NCBI RefSeq assembly: GCF_000150275.1
Contig: NW_002060947.1
Coordinates: 2,407,740-2,471,739, forward strand
Direction of reading: 5' to 3'
Source of the DNA: Trichoplax adhaerens
Lineage: Eukaryota > Animalia > Placozoa
Length of the DNA stretch: 64,000 bases
The notes under the pieces are model-generated. The model made no database searches. It worked only from the letters and a program-made list of their open reading frames with translations, and was not told the origin of the DNA. Below, piece by piece: positions 57,051-64,000 of this stretch. The position numbers and the translations under genes are program-made. The stretch's first letter is position 1. Every line of letters begins with the position of its first letter.

Positions 57051-58945
57051 TCCGTACTGTACATAAGTACACATATTTGTATAGTGTACGAGCGTATACT
57101 GTATATAGTATAACTATTCATCAATTAGAGCTTAAATTTTTACTCAAATGAAGATTAGTGAAGATAATTATTTTTTTCATTTCATGAACTTTCTTATCAG
57201 GCAATTTTTCATTAACAGCAAAAAAGATTCGCTCATTCTACTGTACGTACTGCACAGTACTAGTACACTACGGTATACGCGTACACCGCATTGTACAGTA
57301 CAGTAAATCGTTAATTTGCGATACACCCTATGCAGAAATGTACAATACAGTGTGCAATTCATATGTATCAGAACATACAGTATACAGTATTGCGTTAGAT
57401 ATCGACTGTTTTAACTTGATTAATTAATTAATTTTACAGCAAATTTATTTTCGCCGCTGCGTGTAAGTACTGTCGGCTTACACCTGGCAATGGTTTGGTA
57501 GTAAATTAAAAGCTAAATTTTAGATTAAATTTTATCACACCTGTAAAACTACCCTCCGCCATTATAGTCCAAAATAGTATTGTAATGTTAAGATATTACA
57601 AATCAATGATGATGATAAATGATAGATTCGTGTACAGGCGCTGTTTGTACATAAAAATTCAATTCTAGCCAAATTTCGAAGACTCGCAGGTCGCAACTTC
57701 TTGTACAGTACTGTACTGTACAGTACTGTTTTGTATTTTAAGTCTAGGATTTTGATTTCGCCGACACTGAGAAAAGTACTGTAGACACCAGCATGGATGT
57801 GACCGGACAAGTGGACATGTACTCGGACGATCGGACACTCGAGTATTTTACAGTCAATTTATTGCTCCAAACACTTGTATTCGTTATACTGTACGATATA
57901 AATAACTACATAGAGTTTTCCTTTTAACTCTATGATCCAGCCTAAAGACCCTTAACTTAAGGGTCTCTAATTTTTTAATCCAGCCCATAGAGGTAAATAA
58001 AAAAAAAAAACTACGGTGTTAGGGTCTATACCATTGTGTTCGAACATCAACCTATAGTGTTATTTACCGACAATGGTTAAGACGGCACAGTAGAGAAAAT
58101 TCAATTATCGTATTTACAGGGTTCTTTGTCGGGCACCCAACCCTAGTTTAAATTCAGGACCCTGGTATATACTGTACTGCACACTGTACAGTACTGTACC
58201 CGGGGGCAGGACATACTAGAAAGAGAGAGGGACGCCTAGCGGCCGGCCATTCAGTATAAAATTATGAGAGGGAGGGCTTATCATTTTTCTGGTCATTCTA
58301 CTGTACGCTACCACCGAAACTGCATACTACACTGTGCAAAATCAACCAAGCGGTTACAGTAATTTGGATGACAATCACGGACAGTATAGTGTATCGTTTC
58401 AGACATACGGTTCATGTGAGATGACTAGCAAAATAGTCTGCACCTCATTTTTAGTATACCAATGACAGGTGTATCTCTGTCCGTCTCTTTCTTCTTTTAG
58501 TACTAGTCCCTGACTGTAGTGTACAGTACACTGTACAGTAAATAAAGTACAGTACTGTATTGTACAGTACAGTACAGTACAGTACAGAAAAATGACGGAT
58601 TTTACAGTGCACTACTGTACTGTACAGTGTACTGTACACTAGTATACAGTATACAGTACTGTACTATACTGTACTAATAAATATGATTGAGAGGCTGATT
58701 ATATTATTATTATTTTAATGGTCATTTCAACTGTATCATACTGTATGTCTCTAACGGCACGCTATACTGTACTTTAGATTGGTTTTGTGCAGTTCAGTAC
58801 AGTACTGTACAGTGTACACTGGCCGTTGGCTGTCCCGTTTTTCTTTTTTTAGTACAGTACGTAGTCTATGATACAGTGTACTGTACAGTACAGTATTGAC
58901 GTTTAGTAGACTGCAGTAGTACAGTATTGTACAGTATCGTACAAA
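56945..58945. repeat. TACAGTA/TACTGTA motif clusters upstream of TRABD (divergent region)
   Basis: Runs at 56945-56972, 57238-57305, 57702-57730, 58170-58199, 58515-58675 and 58794-58940. Confidence 0.92.
57909..58172. mobile_element. Cluster of very short transposon-end-like palindromes
   Basis: CATAGAGTT-TTCCTTTT-AACTCTATG (57909-57934); agacccttaa-c-ttaagggtct (57945-57965); direct repeats atccagcc (57935, 57978); cagggttct...aggaccctg (58117-58164) with gtatttac/gtatatac flanks. Confidence 0.55.
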
Positions 58946-60604
58946 AACGAAAATTCTAAATTCTATTGCAGTAGCAGCAGTGAAGAGCGTACTCACATGC
59001 CAAGACGTTCGACATCACCCTTTTTTGTAATCAACATTTCATAAAAGGAAATTAAATTAAATTAAGTTAATGATGCAGCGTCAATCATGTAAGCTTAGCT
59101 ATTAAAGAACGAATTAATAACTACACCCACTGAAATTTAAAGACAACATTTTCGTTCTTGATTCCATAGTGTGCGGCAGGTAAGCATTGATAATTAATAG
59201 AACTGATGTGAAGCATACGTACGTGTGCGCTTATAAATCGTAATTGCGACTTACGAAGTTGCGAAGTGCGTCACCACGATTTAAAAATCTGGGAATAATA
59301 AATAAGGTACAAATGCCGACCAATCGTGCATACTGTAAGGCCACGGCATTTTAGTTTAGTTTCTTTAGTTACTAAGACGGCGTAAGAATTCTCTACTTCA
59401 TTCTGACCCATAGCGATTTTTTCTTTTCCTTCTGTTTCGAAGTGTTAGTTATTTCGTTTAGTTAATATCTCTGAAACTATCAATATCGAATTAGAGTCAA
59501 TTATTACTGTAAATAGCTCACGATACCGATACTTAACTTTCTTATATTAATTAATTAATCTGTGACGATATTTATTGTATCGTGCAGTCAGTGAATACAC
59601 GAAATTCACAGTTACGCACAGTAATGTAGTTCATAAGTAAAAACAAAAAAGTGAACGTCCATTTTACCTAGGAATGATACCAGAGAAAGCATCTAATATT
59701 TAAAAGATTCAGAGTTTTATCTCAGCATTCAAGTAACGTATGTTGAGGACCACATTATGTAAGGCCACATTCTTTGATTTTCTTGTAACTATTGTAAACT
59801 GCGCGGTAAATGTCATGGATTTATTTCGGCTTTATTTAAGCTTAATTAAGTACATACTTGGCGAAAAGTGTCGTAAGATCCAAAGAAAAATCGCCTTTTA
59901 CTACAATAGCAGTCCCAGGCGACATTTTAACATGACTACGCGTACTGTATCACTGTCGATATTCGCATTTCAAGCTGCTAAAAAAGGCATCAATCTGTAC
60001 TTCTGTCACTACTAGTATACTGTACATTAGTACTAGTACTGTCATTTTTTCGTTATTTATCAAATTAAGAATGTCATTAGTAATAAGAATTAGAAATAGA
60101 AGCGTATTTATAAGCACCTTTCTTTCAGGTGATACTGAACGATATAAAATATCTGCATTGATGCTTTTCCACAACGAAAACAAACAGATCTCTACTTACT
60201 GTACCACCCGGATTCTTTGGTTAGTAATCATCATTGGCAGTGCAAAGTGAGGCAGCCGAACTTTATTTCAGTTTACAGAAATCTTAAAAATCTATGATAA
60301 AGTACTGTATTAACAATTAAATGAGTCGGAAAATATTAAGTAGGCTCGTTATTAAAAAATGTAAACATTACTGTGTAACACTTATAATAACTCATGAAAT
60401 GATCTAACCCTCAGAAAACTTGCATTTTCAGCTTAGATATGAAGTTTCTACATACGAGAATACAACATGCTTCAATAGCGTCGGATCAAAAACATCAATA
60501 AAGTAACGGAATCAGTGCAACGTCGCACACCATTATATTTCATAATCAACCAAATTGTATACTCGTATCATATTACGTTCTGTATAGAATTTAAACTCAC
60601 GAAT

Positions 60605-63157
60605 ATGGAGAATCTCAAATCTATTGATAAACGATTTGGTCAGCCAGTCCGTACTTTCACGACATTCAATCAAACTGCGGATAAGTTATATCTAAACCCT
60701 AAAGTTAGCCCGGTAAATGCGCTGTCATCTCCAGTTATTTACCAGCATTCTTCTCTCCAAAAGGATAGACGTCCGAAGAACTATATGGCAGCGAGCACAG
60801 AACGCGCTGATACAGGATATCACCAACACCATCTCTGCGATGACAATGTTGACAATTGTACTAAAAGAGATTTTAATAATGCATCTAAGAATAAACAAAT
60901 TAGGCTTGGAAATCATAGTTCAAATAAATCTATGCAGCAAGGAAAGCAATTTGATGCCAATGGAAAAGGTCCTATTCCAAGCGGCCTCAATGAAAGCAAA
61001 GCTACAAAATTTTCTTATAAAATGAGTAGAGATGACAGTGAGTCAACATATAATGATGCTCTTAAGGGTACTGCAAGATGCGATACAGACGGTATCGAAC
61101 ATAGTTATGGTTACGGTAATCATAAACCGTATACTGTAGCATCTTCCAAGGCCACCACTGCTGTACGCAATGACACTGAAAATCGCAAAGCCTTAAGAGC
61201 AAAGCAACATCAACGCGTTCACATCCAGTCCCATAACATAACATATGCAAATGATGCAAAGAGTGAAAATTCTAAGAACGAGCAAATAGCGAATTTATCC
61301 AAATCGTTAGATGTTGGAACCAGAGTAAGATGCGGAAATTTAGACGAATCTTCTTATCGTGAAGGAAATCACAATCATAATTTACAGAGCAAAAAGTCTG
61401 ACAGCGGTGTCTCTCAAGCGAATAGTCGTAAAACTCACAGTATTTGCGATAAAAAGAATTCGAAAGGAGCTCCAGGCATGTCACATCCGAAAGTCAGTTC
61501 AACGAACAATAAAACCTCCATGAGTGCGATATTAAAAGAAAAATGCGAATTGCTAATGTCAAAGAATAACTTACTCCCTCGAAGCAATTCAATGGATGGT
61601 GCTAAAGAACCTATAGTCCATACAGATTGCAAAAAGCCTAGCCAATCTGTTGAATTTTTGCACCAAGTATCTAGATCTGAATTTCCGATTACGTTTAGAA
61701 AAGAATCTAAAGAGCAAAATTCGAACAAATATCCAAGTTCGGAATCTCTTAAAACTGCAGAATTACGACCCTCAATTACAAGAAAGTTAAATGATACCAA
61801 CACCAGTACGACCACCACTAAAAGAATGGTTAAATTTGCTTCAGATCGCTACAGTACGTCCCACGTCCAATTAAAAAAATCTCAAAGCGTAGACTCTCAA
61901 CTAGACTACAATGACAGCTCACACTACTGCTATGAAAGTAGTCGCCCTTGCAAGGACGAAAACTTTTATGAATCCAAGGACCAACCAAATCCGAGGCGAG
62001 TACCACCTAATTACAATGGAAAGGTATCCTCTTCCAATAAAATGAAGAACCGATACGAAGCAGGTCCTGCAGCTCACAACAGCCAATCCGATAACGACAA
62101 TTATATATCAGAAAGCGATTTCGATCATTCTAGCAATGGTTTTAAGTCAAGCAAATTCCTTGGCAGCAATACTAGTGATTGCTTTGAAGGTTTAAGGTTT
62201 GAAAATCAATCGACTCCCTGGTATCAAGAAATTGCAGAGCTTTCTTATTGTTTACCAAGTAATAAAAAGTCTAATGCGGATGTAAATGAAAGTTCCTACA
62301 ATCATAACCGGAAAGTAAACAAAAAACCTGTAATTGGAAACACTGAATCTAAACATTCGATAATCCCCAGCGCTAGTGGCAATCAAAGTCAAAATAGCGA
62401 TGACTATCATGATAATAGCAGCGTATGCACTAAAGATCTCGGCCATGACAGCGGTATTGATTCTAGTGCTAGCTATCCACAAAAATTTATTCTGCATTAT
62501 CACGATACGGAGAATAGCGTGTCCCACATATGTGATGGTCCCAGAGAAGATACAGGTAAAGGAAAAAGCTATTACACCGATTACGAAGGTCCTAGTCATA
62601 CGCAAGTTACCGCTACATTTGCTGTCGACAAATCTCGCAATTGGGTAGGAAAGGATTGTACCGAAGTTAGTCATAGTAACTCGAGACACAAAAGTACAAA
62701 CTCACCACAAGACGATACATCATCAACCGATAGCACTTTAGCCACTTCTGATAAAATTTTGAGCTGTAACAACAACCAGAACTTCTATCCCATTAAAAAT
62801 AGAGAAAATAGTTTCGATTCTTTAACGCACTACAGCAAGACATCTGCAAGTACTAGTGGCAGTAAAAGCTCAAGAAAGCGTATATCTTACTTATTTGAAG
62901 ATAAAGTTGAAAGAAAGTCAGTTACTGGTAGTAATAGTGGTGGATCTTCGTCAACAGAGGGCAGAGGTATCAGCTCTTCGATTAAGAGGGACCGTCGCCG
63001 ATCTTCAAGAAATCAATTGACGTACATAGCAGTCGATGAGAAAAGCAAGAAAGTAGCCAATAGATCAAATGTTAGATCTACAGCTCTTGAATGTGCAACC
63101 AGTAAATCCAAGCGAAAAGGAAAAGGAAAGCTTAGCAGTACTTGCAAAGTCTCATAA
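60605..63157 (+). CDS. Large Ser/Asn/Lys-rich intrinsically disordered protein (~850 aa, single long exon) with a polybasic + CaaX-like C-terminus
   Basis: 2.6 kb stop-free frame in AT-rich DNA; first ATG at 60605 (a possible splice acceptor lies just upstream, ~60587); ends KSKRKGKGKLSSTCKVS*. Confidence 0.8.
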   Translation: MENLKSIDKRFGQPVRTFTTFNQTADKLYLNPKVSPVNALSSPVIYQHSSLQKDRRPKNYMAASTERADTGYHQHHLCDDNVDNCTKRDFNNASKNKQIRLGNHSSNKSMQQGKQFDANGKGPIPSGLNESKATKFSYKMSRDDSESTYNDALKGTARCDTDGIEHSYGYGNHKPYTVASSKATTAVRNDTENRKALRAKQHQRVHIQSHNITYANDAKSENSKNEQIANLSKSLDVGTRVRCGNLDESSYREGNHNHNLQSKKSDSGVSQANSRKTHSICDKKNSKGAPGMSHPKVSSTNNKTSMSAILKEKCELLMSKNNLLPRSNSMDGAKEPIVHTDCKKPSQSVEFLHQVSRSEFPITFRKESKEQNSNKYPSSESLKTAELRPSITRKLNDTNTSTTTTKRMVKFASDRYSTSHVQLKKSQSVDSQLDYNDSSHYCYESSRPCKDENFYESKDQPNPRRVPPNYNGKVSSSNKMKNRYEAGPAAHNSQSDNDNYISESDFDHSSNGFKSSKFLGSNTSDCFEGLRFENQSTPWYQEIAELSYCLPSNKKSNADVNESSYNHNRKVNKKPVIGNTESKHSIIPSASGNQSQNSDDYHDNSSVCTKDLGHDSGIDSSASYPQKFILHYHDTENSVSHICDGPREDTGKGKSYYTDYEGPSHTQVTATFAVDKSRNWVGKDCTEVSHSNSRHKSTNSPQDDTSSTDSTLATSDKILSCNNNQNFYPIKNRENSFDSLTHYSKTSASTSGSKSSRKRISYLFEDKVERKSVTGSNSGGSSSTEGRGISSSIKRDRRRSSRNQLTYIAVDEKSKKVANRSNVRSTALECATSKSKRKGKGKLSSTCKVS

Positions 63158-64000
63158 GAATGGGCTCTTTAGGATTAGAAACTTCCAACAATGCTATAAT
63201 TATATTCTTGCTAGGTGGATAATGTAAAATAATAATGTTCCAGTCAGTGTGCCAAGATGCTGACTCAAATTAATTAATATAGGGAATGCTTAAATCAAAG
63301 CTCGACTTGGGTACAACATTACGTACTTCAAGATCCTATATCCGGAAATACTTTTTAACTTATACTTACAGTAGATAATTTTTTATTCTACACAATAGAG
63401 GCATTGAGTAGTGTACTGTACCGTAAACCATTTGTAGAAATGTATTTCGTTCAATCGTGGAATCTTCATATGCAGCAACAAATTTTAACTTTTTGTACTT
63501 AAAAATAGTTCTAAGAATCTTTTCAGGAAGCCTTTGTTATCATTCGCCGGGTGTTAATCACGCTTTTTTGAAACAATGTGTGCCAAAATTTGCTTTATTG
63601 GCCTTTATATTCTGTATGTAGCCTAAGTGATTTTAGTACTGCAGTATGGACAAACCTTTGGCTCTGCTCCTGTAAAAATACTGTAATGGAACGTAGACAA
63701 TATGCATATACACTTAGTAATAAGCTGTATGTAAGGACATTAGCGCCTTCTAATCCAAGATTATTTTGACTTTATAACAAAGTATCACTCCTTGGCGTTT
63801 GAAATAATTATATTAATTATTAGACAGCAGAGTCTAGAGCTCTTGTATTGAGATTTTATTCTTCACCAGTCAAAGTCTCACATTTGTAAAATCTTGGCAT
63901 AAAGAAAGTAATATTTAGCTATTCTCGAATTTGTCTCTCGATTATATTTATATGTGTCAATAACATTGATTTTAGCAACTAGCTATTCACTGCTAATCTA

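Noticed and set aside
61435-62689. Antisense and alternate-frame ORFs inside the 60605-63157 CDS
   Set aside because: Shadow ORFs of a low-complexity coding sequence.

Overview
AT-rich (roughly one third GC), gene-dense animal genomic DNA with short spliceosomal introns. The architecture and protein sequences suggest a placozoan (Trichoplax-like); this is an inference. Recognisable genes in order: an intronless orphan class A GPCR (-), RIB43A/RIBC (+), a small secreted Cys-rich protein missed by the ORF track (+), ABHD2 (-), IPPK (+), DNAJB9 (+), a GT31 beta-1,3-glycosyltransferase (-), a GATA factor (+), importin-9 (-), IMPDH (+), TRABD (-) and a long disordered protein with a polybasic/CaaX-like tail (+). 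The most striking non-coding signal is dense clusters of TACAGTA/TACTGTA (also TACCGTA/TACGGTA and TACAGTGTA) at gene 5' ends and divergent promoters. These match Tc1/mariner excision footprints exactly. One inverted repeat (1709-1798) carries a TA->TACAGTA change in one arm only. The same regions hold 24-26 bp P-element-like palindromes, one with an 8-bp TSD, and other tiny transposon-end relics, so promoters here may be archives of repeated transposon insertion and excision. Also found: a probable U12-type AT-AT intron in IPO9, three GC-AG introns, RFX X-box-like sites before RIB43A and IPPK, and a GATA-site cluster upstream of the GATA gene. Exon boundaries were read by eye and no database searches were run.
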